64,000 bases of DNA from Camelus dromedarius (Eukaryota). The DNA is taken from positions 91,948,001 through 92,012,000 of the forward strand of contig NC_087437.1 in NCBI RefSeq assembly GCF_036321535.1. The letters are read 5' to 3'. The notes under the pieces were generated by a model that saw only the letters and a list, made by a program, of their open reading frames with translations, was not told the DNA's origin and did no database searches. The stretch's first letter is position 1. The number at the start of each line of letters is the position of its first letter. This document shows, piece by piece, positions 1-12,195 of the stretch. The position numbers and the translations under genes were made by a program.

Positions 1-3000
1 AGCTCCATTAAGATCAACCCAAAACATGCACTATATCACCACCTTCCGGAAAAGCTCCTAATTGCCAACCTGTTGAACTTTTAGAATCAAAGTAAAGAAA
101 GCCTTGTCTAAATAAAAAAAAAGGGTTTATTACTTTAAATGTGGCAATAGAAGCACTTTATATCAAACATTATGAAAAAGTCAGTCACAGAGTATCAAGA
201 AAAAGAAAATAATTTTCCAGCAACAAAATCCAAAGACACAGAATACTGTCATTTAACTGACAAATAATTAAAAATAGCTGTTTAAAGAAATTCAGCAAGC
301 TATAAGAAAACTCAGAAAGGTAATTCAATTATCTCAGAAATAAAATAAACAAACAGAATGAGTACCAAAGAAATGAAATTCTAAAAACAGAACCAAGCAC
401 ATATTCTGGAGTTAAAGAACTCAGTAAATGAAGTGAAGTCTGCATTAGAATGCATTGAAAATAGAGCATGTCAGATGAAAGAGAAAATAAGCCAGCTTGA
501 GGATAGAAATATAGAAATGATTCAGGTATAAGAGAAGAAAAAACTAAGATTTTAAAAAACAAAGAAACTCTACAAGTTCTAACTGACTCCACTAGAAAAG
601 CCAAAATAAGTTAATGGGTATAGCAGAAGAAGAGGGAGAGAAGGAAAGAGAGCATATTTAAAGAAATTATAGCTGAAAACTCCCCAAACCTGAAAAAAGA
701 ACTAGATATACAAACATACAAAGCGATAGAACACGCTATTATTTCAATGCAAAAGACCTTCTCCAAGACACGTTATATTAAAAAACAGATTTTTTTTAAA
801 AAGTCAATGATAAATAAAGAATTTTAAAGATAGCCAGGGAGAAAAGGACAGTAATGTACAAAGGAACTCCCCTTGGGCTCTCAGCAGATTTCTCAACAGA
901 AACTCTACAAGCCAGGAGAAAAACTGCCAGCCAAGAATTCTCTATAAGGCAACATTATCCTTCAGATATAAAAGAGAAATAAAGGCTTTCTCAGACAAAC
1001 AAAAACTGAGGGAGTTCAACACCACTAGCCCTGCCTTATTAGAAATGTTGGAAGGAGTTCTTGAAGCTGAAACAAAAAGATGAAATTATGCAAATCTTCA
1101 ATTAAATTGGTAAATAGAATTTAATGATTTTAAATATGTAACTTTTTTAGAATTGTATAATTATTTCTTAATTCTTAATTACAGCATAACGTTTAAAGGA
1201 AAAGAACATTAAAAATAACTATAACTACTACAAAATCACAGTATGAAGAGAAAATTTGTGGCATCAATAGTATAAAACGGGAGGAATAAAAAGGTAGAAC
1301 CTTATGAGCAAATGAAGATAAACTGCTCTCAGTACAAAAAGGACTACATTATCTATGAGATGTTTTATGGAAATCTTATGATAACCGTAAAGCAAAATTC
1401 TACGGCAGAAACACAAACCAAAAAAAGGGAAGACTAAGAAAATCATTAGGGAAAACCATCAAGTTACAAAGGTAGACAGAAACAGAAGGGGAAAAAAAAC
1501 AAACAATGGAGAGAGAAAATAATCAGAAGGCAAAAGGTAAAATGGCAGTAATAAGTCACTATGTAACAATAATCACCCTGAATGTAAATTAATTGTAAAT
1601 GACCAGTCAAAAGGCACAGAGTAGCTGAATGGATGAAAAAATAAGACACAAGTATACACTGCCTAAGGAGACTTGTTTAAGCTCTAATGACACACACACA
1701 GGCACAAAGTAAAAGGATGGAAAATGATATTCCAAGTAAACAGAAACCAAAAGAAGGTGGGTGTAACCATACTTAGACCAAATAGACTTCAAGCAAAAAG
1801 GTAACAAGAGACAAAAAAGTCATTATATACTGATAAAAGGGTTAGTACATCAAGAATATACAGCAACTGCAAATATATATGTTCCCCAAACTTGAGCATT
1901 AAAATATATTAATCAAGTAATAAAATATCTTAAGAGAGAATAGACAACAATAGAATAATTGTGGGGACTTAAATATCTCACTGTCAGCAATGGACAGATT
2001 GACCAGACAGAAAATCAACAAGGCAAATTTGGAACTTAACCACAGTTTAGAACAAATGGACTTAACAGACATATACAGAGCTTTCCACCCAACAGCAGCA
2101 GAATACACATTCTCCTCAAGTGACAGGGAATATTCTTCAGGATACATTATGTGATAGGCCACAAAACAAATCTTAGCAAATTTAAGAAGACTGAAATCAT
2201 GCCAACTACTTTTTTTGACCACAGTGGCATGAAACTAGAAATCAACAAGAGTGAAGTGAGATCTATGAATATTCGGAAAATAAACAACATGCTTCTATAC
2301 AATCATTCAGTCAAAGAAGAAATAAAAAAACTTTCCAAATATCAAGACAGTGAAATGAAAATAAAATAGAAATATTACATATCAAATATTATGGGATGCA
2401 GGAAATGCAGTTCAAAGAGGAAAGTTTATAGCAAATATCTCATATATCAAGAAATTAGAAAGATCTCAGACAACCTAACTTTACACCTCACGGATCTAAA
2501 AGAATAAGAAAAAAAAAAGTCTAAATTAGCAAAATGGATGGAAATGATAAAGTTCAGAGTGAGAAAGAGACAAATACAGAACAGGAAAATAATAGAAAGG
2601 ATCAGCATAACTAAGAGCTGCTTCTTTGAAAAGATAAACAAAATTGACAAAAACTTTAGTAAGACTAATTAAGAAAAAGAGAAAAGACTCAAATAAATAA
2701 AATGAGAAATGAAAGTGGTAACATTACAACTGATACCACAGAAATACATAGAATCATAAAGACTGAACAATTACATGTCAACAAATTACATAATCTAGAA
2801 TAAATGGATACACTTTTAGAAACACACAACCTGCCAAGACTGAATCAGTAATAAATAGAAAATCTGATCAGACCAATAAGGAGTAAAGAAATTGAATCCA
2901 TAATTAAAAATCTCCCAACACAGGAAACTCCAGAACTGTATAGCTTGACTGGAAAATTCTACCAAACATTTAAAGAAGAATTAAGACCAATCCTCCTCAA

Positions 3001-5566
3001 GCTCTTCCAAAACATTGACAAGGGAACACTTTTAAACTAATTTTACTAAGTCAGCATTACTTCGATACTAAAGCCAGATAATGATGCCCCCAACACAAAC
3101 TATAAACATATATCCCTGATAAGCATAGATGCAAAAATTCTCGACAAAAATTAGTAAATCAAATCCAAGAACACTTTAAAAGGATTATAGACCATGACCA
3201 AGTGGGATTTATCTCTGAGCTATAAGGATGGTTTACTATAAGCAAATCAATGAATATAATACAGTACATCAATAAAATTAAAGATACAAATTGCATGATT
3301 ATTTTAACAGATGCAGGAAAAAAAATGACAAACTACAACACCCTTTTGTGATAAAAACCCTTAGTAGATTGGGTATAGAAGGAACATACCCTGACATAAT
3401 AATGACCCTATATGACAAATCTATAGCCAACATATTAAATAAAGAAAAATAAAAAAGGTTTCCTCTAAGATCATAAGTAAGACAGAGATGGCACTCTCAA
3501 TGACTCCTATTCAATATAGTACTGACTAGAGAAACTAGATAAGATGAAGAAATAAAAGGTATCTGAGGCAGAAAAGAAGAGGCAAAATTGTCACCCTTTG
3601 CTGATAATGTGATCTTATACACAGAAAATCCCAAAGTCAGTCAAAAACTTGGAATTAATCAACAATTGCAGTAAAGTGGCAGGATATAAAATCAACATAC
3701 AGAAATCAACTGCATTCCTTTAAACTAATGATGAAGAAACTTAAAAAGAAATAGAGAACTGTCCCATTTAAAATAGCATCAACAATAAAATACTTAGGAA
3801 TAAATTTAACCAAGGAAGTGAAAGTTCTATAAAATGAAAACTACAGGATTTTGCTGAAAGAAATGGAAGACAAACAAATGGAAAGATGTTCTTAGATTGG
3901 AAGAATTAATATTGTTAAAATGGCTCTATTACCCAAAGCCATCTACAGATTCAATGCTATCTCCATCAAAATGCCAAAAGCATTCTTAACAGAAATAAAC
4001 AAAATAATTTTATTATTTGTGTGGAACTGCAAAAGACCCTGTACAGCCAAAGCAATCCTGAGAAGTAAGAATAAATTCAGAGGGTATCATGCTTCAAGAT
4101 TTCAAACTATACTACAAAGCTATAGTAATAAACAGTATAGCACTGGTGCAAAAATATACATGCCGACCAGTGGAACAGAATAGATAACCCAGAATTTAAT
4201 CCCAGTGTATACAGTCAACAATATTTGACAAGAGAGCAGGGAAAGAATGGTCTCTTCAACAAATGATGCTGGAAAAACTGGAGAAACCCATGCAGAACAA
4301 TGAAATTGGACCCCTATTTCACATCAGTCATAAAAATTAACTCAAAATATATAAAAGACTTAAACATAGGACATGATACCTAAAGTTTCAATAAAAACAC
4401 AGGGATGAAGCTCATTGATACTGGTCTTTGTAATGATTTTTGCACATTGTGCCAAAAGCACAAACAACAAAAGAAAAATTAATAAATAAAACTATTTCAA
4501 ACTCAAGTTTTCTGCATAGCAAAAGAAATAATTAGTAAAATAAAAAGACAACCAATAGAATGGGAGAACAATTTTGTAAATCATATATCAGATAAGAGAC
4601 TTATATCCAAAATATATAAAGAACTCAGTCAACCTAGTAACAACAACAACAGAACCCCAACAATCCAATTAAAAAGTAAGCAAAAGGAGTTAACAGATAT
4701 TTCTCCAAAGAGGACATCAATATGGCCAACACACACATGAAAAGATGCTCAACATCATTAATCATCAGGGAAATGCAAATCAAAACCACAGGAAGGTATC
4801 ACTTCACAATTGTTACAATGGCTAGTTTCAAGATCAGACAACAGACACTGGTGAGGACATAGTAAAAGAGGAGCCCTTATACATTATAGGTAGAAATATA
4901 AATTGGTCCAATTATTCTAGAAAACAAAACGGAGATTTCACAAAAAATAAAAATCAGTGATTTTTCACTTCTGGGAATATGCCCAAAGGAAATGAAAACA
5001 GGATTTTGTTGAGATATATGCACTCCCACATTTATTGAAGGATTATTCACAATAGCCAAGATATGTAAACAACCCAAATACCCATCAGCATATAAGCAGA
5101 TTAAAAAAAATAGATGTGGTACGTATACATAATAAATATTATTCAGTTATGAGAAAGGAGGCTATCATTCCAGTTGTGACAACACGAACGGATCTTGAGT
5201 ACCTTATGCTAAGTAAGATATGTCAGACTGAGAAAGGCAAATATGGTACAATATCACTCACATATAAAATCTAAAAAAGTTAAACCTGTTAAAAAAAAAA
5301 AACCAAAACAGAGTAAAATGGTGGTTACCAGGAGACATAAGGGAGTGGATAAGGGTGATGGTATTTAAGGATACAAACTTGTGATGAGTAGAAAATAAGC
5401 CATAGAGATCTAATGTACAATATAATGAATGTAGACAATAATATTGTACTATAACTATATACTGTAGTAAATATCATATAAACAATCATATTCAATATAT
5501 AAATGTATCAAAGTAACATGCTTTATACCTTAAACTTACACAATATTTCATGCTGTTTATTTAATT
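1..5566 (+). mobile_element. Near full-length decayed LINE-1 (ORF1, ORF2, L1MA9-like 3'UTR); 5' end lies outside the window
   Basis: ORF1-like start ATG at 172. ORF2 start at 1542 reads MAVISHYVTIITLNVN (endonuclease N-terminus). RT motif degenerated to FADNVILY at 3597. ORF-track peptides match L1 ORF2 (2151 IGHKTNLSKFKKTEI, 3920 [17 protein letters not shown]). Many stops and frameshifts. Confidence 0.95.
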
Positions 5567-6450
5567 CAGAAATGGGCAAGTAAATGCAATAAATGTTTTT
5601 ATACATACACATATATGATAATTAACAAGTGTATAATATATTGTACATGTTAATATAATTAGTTTATATATGTAAATGGACAAAAAGTACAAAAGTTGCC
5701 CAACATAAATATCATTAGACTAATGCAAGTTAAAAACCACAATGAGACAGAATTTAACACACAGCAGGATGGACAGAAAATAGAAAGTGTTGGAAACCGG
5801 TGGGAATTGGAACCCTCATATATTATTGGTTGGAATATGAAATGATTCAGCTGCTTTGGAAAATAGTTGAGTAGTTCCTCAAAAAGATAAACATAAAGTA
5901 TCATATGGCGCAGCAATTCCACTTCTAGGTATATACCCAGGAGAACTAAAAATGTAAGTCCATGCAAAAACTTGTACACAAATATTTATAGAAGCATTAT
6001 TCATAATAGCCAAAGAGTAAAAATTGATTAATGGATAAACAAATGTAATATATTCATACAACAGAATATATATTTCAGATATAAAAAAGAACCAACACCT
6101 ACGGGACCATGGACAAATATTAAAAATGTTATACTAAGTGAAATAATCCATATTCACAAAAACATATTGTATGATTACATTAATATGAAATGTCCAGAAC
6201 AGGCAAATCTAGAGACAGACAGTAGATTGTTACGGAAGAAAGACTGAGAAAGGAAGGTTAAAATAGACAGTGATTGCTAATAGGTATTGAGTCTCCTTAT
6301 TTGTCTGAGAAAAGTGTTCTGGAATTAGATAACAGTGATGGTTGCACAACTTTGTGAAAACACTGAAAATCATTGAATTTATAGATTTTAAAAGGTGAAT
6401 TTATAGAATGCCAATTATTTTTCAATTAAAATAAATGGATAAATAAAATA
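5567..6450 (+). mobile_element. Older LINE-1 3' end (L1MB-like)
   Basis: ORF2 C-terminal relic (gcagcaattccacttctaggtatatacccag) followed by a typical L1MB 3'UTR (gaaatgtccagaacaggcaaatctagagacag ... gtgatggttgcacaactttgtgaa) and an A-rich end. Confidence 0.85.
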
Positions 6451-6704
6451 ACTATCAAATTCACCTACTTGTCAATCCACTTGATTAACAGATCAAATTT
6501 AGTTTTTGAAACTGTTTTTTGTCCACAAAAATAAATATACAAGTAAATACCAACAATAACAATATAATACTTCTTCCAATTTTTTCTAAGTTAAGTAAGT
6601 AACAAGTTTTTTTGCCAGTTGTTCAAGTTAAAATCCTGAAGTATTTTTTTTTATCTCTATTATATTCTGGCAGCAAGTTCCAGAAAGTTTAATTTTCAGG
6701 TATA

Positions 6705-7080
6705 ACCATTTTAAAAATTAATACATAATCCACATATCATAAAATTCATCTTTTCCAAATTATACAATGTAATGGTATCCAGCATATTCACAAAGTTGTA
6801 CAACCCTAATCACTACCTAATTACAAAACATTTCATCAGCAAAATAAACAAAAACAAAACAAACTCAGTACCAAAGATAACACGTTTGTCTTGTTCTTGA
6901 ATTATAAGAAAAACTTCACTCTTGCACCATTAAGTTTATCTTAGCTGTTTTTCTTGAATGTCCTTTTTCAGCTTGAAGAAATTTCTTTTAATTTCTAGTG
7001 TGTCTGGTGTTTTTGTCAAGAAATAGTGTTGTGTTTTATCAAACATTTTGACATCTATGAAGATGATCATTTGCTTTTCC
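6705..7080 (-). mobile_element. Two short antisense LINE-1 fragments (3'UTR end and ORF2 piece)
   Basis: catattcacaaagttgtacaacc resembles the reverse L1MB 3' end; 6885-7080 resembles antisense ORF2. Confidence 0.65.
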
Positions 7081-7149
7081 CCAAAATATTAATATTCTAA
7101 CTACTACTAACTACCTCTCAGGAACTCCAAAATTACTACCTGGATAAAA

Positions 7150-7380
7150 CTATAGTCATTTCTACATGGGTTGATGATATCCCACTAAATAAAATTCCTT
7201 CTATTCTCCTGCCCAACTACAGTGAATTCTTCAAGCCACTCCAGTGTTTTTCTAAAACATAAATCACACTATGTTCCTCTTTTGCTTCAAATTTTTAATG
7301 GCTTCCTTTTCCCAAGGGGTAAAATCCAAATCTCTTACCATAACCAGAAAGATCTTTCATATCTTACCTCTCTCAACCTC
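7150..7380 (+). mobile_element. L2 LINE fragment
   Basis: ctaaaacataaatcacactatgttcctcttttgcttcaaatttttaatggcttcc...aaaatccaaatctc resembles the L2 3' region. Confidence 0.6.
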
Positions 7381-7805
7381 ATACATTATGTCATACAAAA
7401 CTCTTCATTTCTTAAACATTGTTTTATAAACATAATTGTTGCTTTGTCATTTGAACATGTAATAACTGTCAAGCATTCATGATAACTATTATTAAAGATA
7501 TAAAAGTTAAGAAGTCCCAGACTCTAAGCTTAAAGTAGCTTAGGTTTTCAAAGAAAATAAGTGGATATACAAATAATTGCAATTAACAAAAATAAATGAT
7601 ACAAATAAACCAAAGATAAAATAACACCCTAGGAGTTCAATATAGTGAGATATTTCCCTAATGGAGAAAATCTGGAAAATGTTGATAGGTAATATGGAAT
7701 TTTCATCTGGTCAGGAAGAACAGTCTGGACAAAGACAAAAACAAAAATGAAAACAAAAAAAGAACAACACAAATGGATGAAAAACAAGAGGTGGATTTTT
7801 CTTTC

Positions 7806-7858
7806 ACACACACACACACACATATATATAACATATATATTTCATATATAATATATCC
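7806..7858. repeat. (CA)n(TA)n compound microsatellite
   Basis: Directly visible. Confidence 0.85.
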
Positions 7859-8682
7859 CAGAAATTCATAGGGATACAAGAGATCTCCCTGGTGTACTTT
7901 TAAGTATTGTTTTAAACAATAAGATTTTATATATGCTTTTGGAAAATCAATTAAATGAATAAGAGAAATTTAACAGAATACAAAAACAAAGTGATGCTGA
8001 GAACATATTATTTGTTATTATGATTCTCCACATGGCTACTACAAAAGCTATAGAAATAAATTAGGTAAAATCAATTAGGTAAGAATATCACTAATGAGAA
8101 AAACAGACTTGCATAAAATTATTTAATATATACTGTTATATAGACAAATCAAAGAGCACTGGTGATATTATTAACTGACTACTCTTGTATGTGTTATATG
8201 GGATAAGGACAAAATTTTAGCACAATGATGAAATGCATCTATACTGTAATTTCAGAGTAATATTTTAGTATTTAACAAATGTTCATATTTTGGTTTAATA
8301 TATTATAATGGGCAGAGTTATAGTGGCAGCATAAATGAAAGGGAACATTCATTTATATGTAACACCTACACTGTAATTTTGGCTAATATGAATGTTACTT
8401 GAGATGAATTAAAATGTGGATTGAAATTTATTAACTGATCTAATAAATACAAATTATTCTAGTGAAACATTAGTAAAGATGTCTTGAATAAGAAAATTTG
8501 AGAAAATTTGTCAAGTATTAGCTGTGAATTTTAAACAAAGTACTATAGTCAACAAAAAGGTCATTCTTAAGATTACACATAGTTAGGGAGAAATTATTAA
8601 GACAATCAAAATGGATTTTAGATGACTCCACCAAGGTTTTTTGTTTATTTGCACATGAATTGGCCTTTTTTTCTGAACTTAC

Positions 8683-8883
8683 CTCGGCAAAATAAAGTTG
8701 ATTCTTATCAATAAAAATGAGGGTATAGGGCCGGTTCAGGTAATAGAGTTTATAGAATGCAGATGGGCATTGCCATGTTGATGAACAATGAAGGGTTGAC
8801 TTCATAAGTATCATTGCAATGATCTCCTCTACAGCCATCTGGCATTGTTTATTTCAGATATACCTCGAAGGACTCATCAGAAC
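8683..8883 (-). other. Candidate exon (201 nt, phase 0-0) of an unidentified transcript
   Basis: Minus strand ctttaag|GTT...GAG|gtaagtt. 67 codons with a single TGA at codon 10. Non-repetitive and less AT-rich than its flanks. Confidence 0.4.
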
Positions 8884-10210
8884 CTTAAAGCAGTAACTCT
8901 TTTTTTTTTTTTTTTTACTATTCCAACTACTGTAATAGAATCTGCTGTTATTTTCAACCAATAGTTTTTAGAAATTTTCCCTTTAAAATTATGTTTTCTA
9001 GAGATTGATTTGAGATACTGTTAGCATTTTATTTTTTTCCCTTAATTCTCATGATATATTTGGGAAATTAATGATGAGATGGAAAAACCAGTAATAAAGA
9101 AGTTATCTAGGTATTGTGTGGGCAAATGTATATGTTTTTAGTGTGTGTATGCATGTGAGTACATATATACATGCAATATACATCATATTCTTAGAGCAAT
9201 AGAAATTGTATTAGAAATTTCCATTGTTAAGGGCAACTCAGCTGATTCCTTGAAGAAAAATGTAGTCTAATTGCTAACTTTGAAATCTCACAAAATATAA
9301 GCAATGTATGATAATTTTTAAATAGCTGGATAAAAATACATCAAATTAAATCATTCAAATAAAATAAAGTTGAAAAGATCAGGATGGCACAACTACCCTC
9401 TATAAAAAGTGACAGTATAACCTTATAGGTCTAACATTAAATTGTTATCATAGAGTTTTAAAAGCTTACATTTGAAAATCAGTTTGTAGAATCTTTAGGT
9501 ATAATCAGTTTTGAGAAATATATAACTATACTTCTGAGAGACACTAAATGTCCTGGCTGTCAAGGTAACAAAATGCAAAAAAATCAACATATCATTACCT
9601 GATCTTAGCCTTGAATAGTCATTTTTTTTTTTCCTGGCTGTTAGATGAAGTATTTACAACACTTTAAATGATAAATAATGATGAACATAAGTTACTTAAA
9701 TTAGACAATTCTGGGATTACCTAGATCAAAATATCTTGTCGAGAAAAATCTACTTCACTGTGTTTTATACATACATGGAAAAAAGTTTAAGCACAAAAAG
9801 AACTAGAAAATGACAACTCCTAAATTAAGACCTTAGGAGCTTTTTGAAGAGAGTTGAAAACAAAATAACTCAGACTCTTAGATCATGTCAATACCATCTG
9901 GAATGAAACATTTGTTTGTTTACATTTTTAAAGAAAAATAAAGATTCAAAAATAAAAACAGAGAAAGACAAATCATTTTTCTTGTGAAAAAGTCTATATA
10001 AAGAAAATCATTTTTAAAAAGTGATAGCAGCATCCAAACACAAAAACATGTAAAAGATATTGCATTGACTGTTCTGAAAGGATTGGAATTAAAACTCTAA
10101 AGTAATGTTTAGTGAAACAATTAGTGATTTTAAATAAACAGTTATTAAACTCATAATTGAAAAACAACTTTCTGGATATGAGATTTTTTAAATGTCCTAA
10201 AATTGTTTTA

Positions 10211-11168
10211 AAAGAAATAAAACAATCTTGAGAAAGAAGAGCATAGAGGTAACGTGCTCCCTAATTTCAAATTATACTACAAAGCAATAGTAATCAGAAC
10301 AGTATGATACAGATACAAAAACAAACATTTAAATCAATGGAACAGAAAAGAGCCCAGAAATGAACCAACACATATATGGCCAACTGATCTATAATAAAGG
10401 AGGAATGAATATTGCAATGGAGAAAAGACTACTTCTTCAATAAATGGTGTTTGGAAAAGTGGACAACTACATGCAAAAGAATCAAAATAGACTACTTTCT
10501 CATAACACATACAGAAATAAACTTAAAATGGATTGAAGAATTTACTGTAAGACCCGAAACCATAGAACCCCCAGAAGAAAACCTAGGCAGTAATCTCTTT
10601 GACATAGGTCTTAGCAATATTTTTTGGATGTGTTTCCTCAGATAAACAACAACAGAAAAACAGATACAGAAACAAAAATAGAGAAACTCAAACTAAAAAG
10701 CATTTGCACAGCAAAGGAAACTACCAACAAAAACACTACCTACTGAATGGGAAAAGATATTGCAAACAGTATAGCTGATAAGGCCTTAGTATCCCAAATA
10801 AACAAAGAATTCATAAAATTCAATCTCAAAAAAAAAAAAAAACAACAAAAACTGTCTGATTACAAAATAAGCAGAGGACCTGAATAGACATTTTTCCAAA
10901 GACATACAGATGGCCAACAGACACATGAAAAGAGGCTAAACATCACTAATTATCAGGGAAATACAAATGAAAACCACAATGAGATACAACTTTATACCTG
11001 TCAGAATGGCTATTATCTAAAGACAAAACATAACAAATGTTAGCAAGGATATGGAGAAAAGAGGATCTTCATGCACTGTTGGTAGGAATGTAAATTGATC
11101 CAGACACTATGGAAAACACTATAGAATGTCTTCAAAAATTTAATATAGAACTACCATATGATGAAGCA
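10211..11168 (+). mobile_element. LINE-1 ORF2 C-terminal fragment
   Basis: ORF-track peptide QWRKDYFFNKWCLEKWTTTCKRIK. Stops abruptly after gaactaccatatgat. Confidence 0.9.
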
Positions 11169-11169
11169 T

Positions 11170-12195
11170 GTTTTGGGATCCAGGGCAGGAGCAGTAAGTT
11201 AAAAGGAGCCTAAGTCAGAGCTACCTGCAGATCTTGGAGATTCTCTAGAGAGGCAGGAGGCAACTGGAGCTCACCCTGAGAACACCTACACTGGCAGCAG
11301 CTGTTTTGGGGAGCTTGTTCTACTACAAAGACACTGATGCTAGAAAGTGCCATTTTGGAATCCTCCCTCTAGCTTATTAGCAAAGAAACCCATCCCCATA
11401 CACCACCCTGTCTGTAACAGTAGTGGGATACTTCAGGCCAAGCAAGAATCTGGGTGATGACAAATCACCACTCACCAACAGGCATGCTGCCCCTTGAGCC
11501 CAGAGATGCCCTGGGACATGACAATGTCCATAAGAGGGTCCAGGACCTGACCCCACAGACCACTAAGTAGGTACTTTTGCCCTGAAACCCTCAGGATCCA
11601 ACAGCCAGAGACGCTGCAACCCAACTCTGCCTACCAGTGGGCAGGTACCAGAAACAGGAACACTTGAGCCCCAGCCCCACCTAATAGTAGGCAAACACAC
11701 AAAATCCAGATCCCCCCAGGGCCTTGCAGTCAGACACCTGGGACAGAGTTCCACCCACTGGTGAGACAGCACTAGTGCCAGGATGCCCTGAGCCTTGACC
11801 TTACCTACCAGCAGTGTAACATCAGTTCTGGGAACCCTAGGATCTGCAGCCAGAGACCCCAGGATATGGCTTTGCCTGCACTGAGCTGGCACTAGCCCCA
11901 AAGCCCAACTTCATACACTAGCAGACAGGCAAAAACACTGGGATCCCCTGCACCTTCACCTCACACACCAGGAGGTGGACTCCAGCCCCAGGACCATGAC
12001 AGCCTCACAGCCAGTTTTGTCAGGACCCAGCCAACACAACAGCAGGCTGGCAGCAGCCCTGGGACTCCCTGGGCCCAGACCCTGCCCACCAGCAGGCCAA
12101 GACATCTCGGGGTCACCTTGGGCCTCTGAGCCAGTGGCCCTGACATGCAACCCCACTCACCAGTGGACTAAAACCAGCTTCAGGACCCCTAGAGG
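11170..12195 (+). mobile_element. LINE-1 5'UTR-like GC-rich segment with degenerate tandem monomers
   Basis: GC-rich island inside L1 sequence with a recurring ccacc(c/t)accag motif, fused directly to ORF2 sequence. Confidence 0.7.

Noticed and set aside
172..5230. Functional L1 ORF1/ORF2 (reverse transcriptase system)
   Set aside because: Numerous stops and frameshifts, and the catalytic FADD reads FADN. The copy at 12955 keeps FADD but its frame is also broken.
8854..8856. In-frame TGA as selenocysteine
   Set aside because: No resemblance to known selenoprotein motifs and no SECIS can be identified from this window.
11470..12190. CRISPR-like repeat-spacer array
   Set aside because: Repeats are degenerate, the intervening sequences are related to each other, the context is a mammalian L1 and there are no cas genes.
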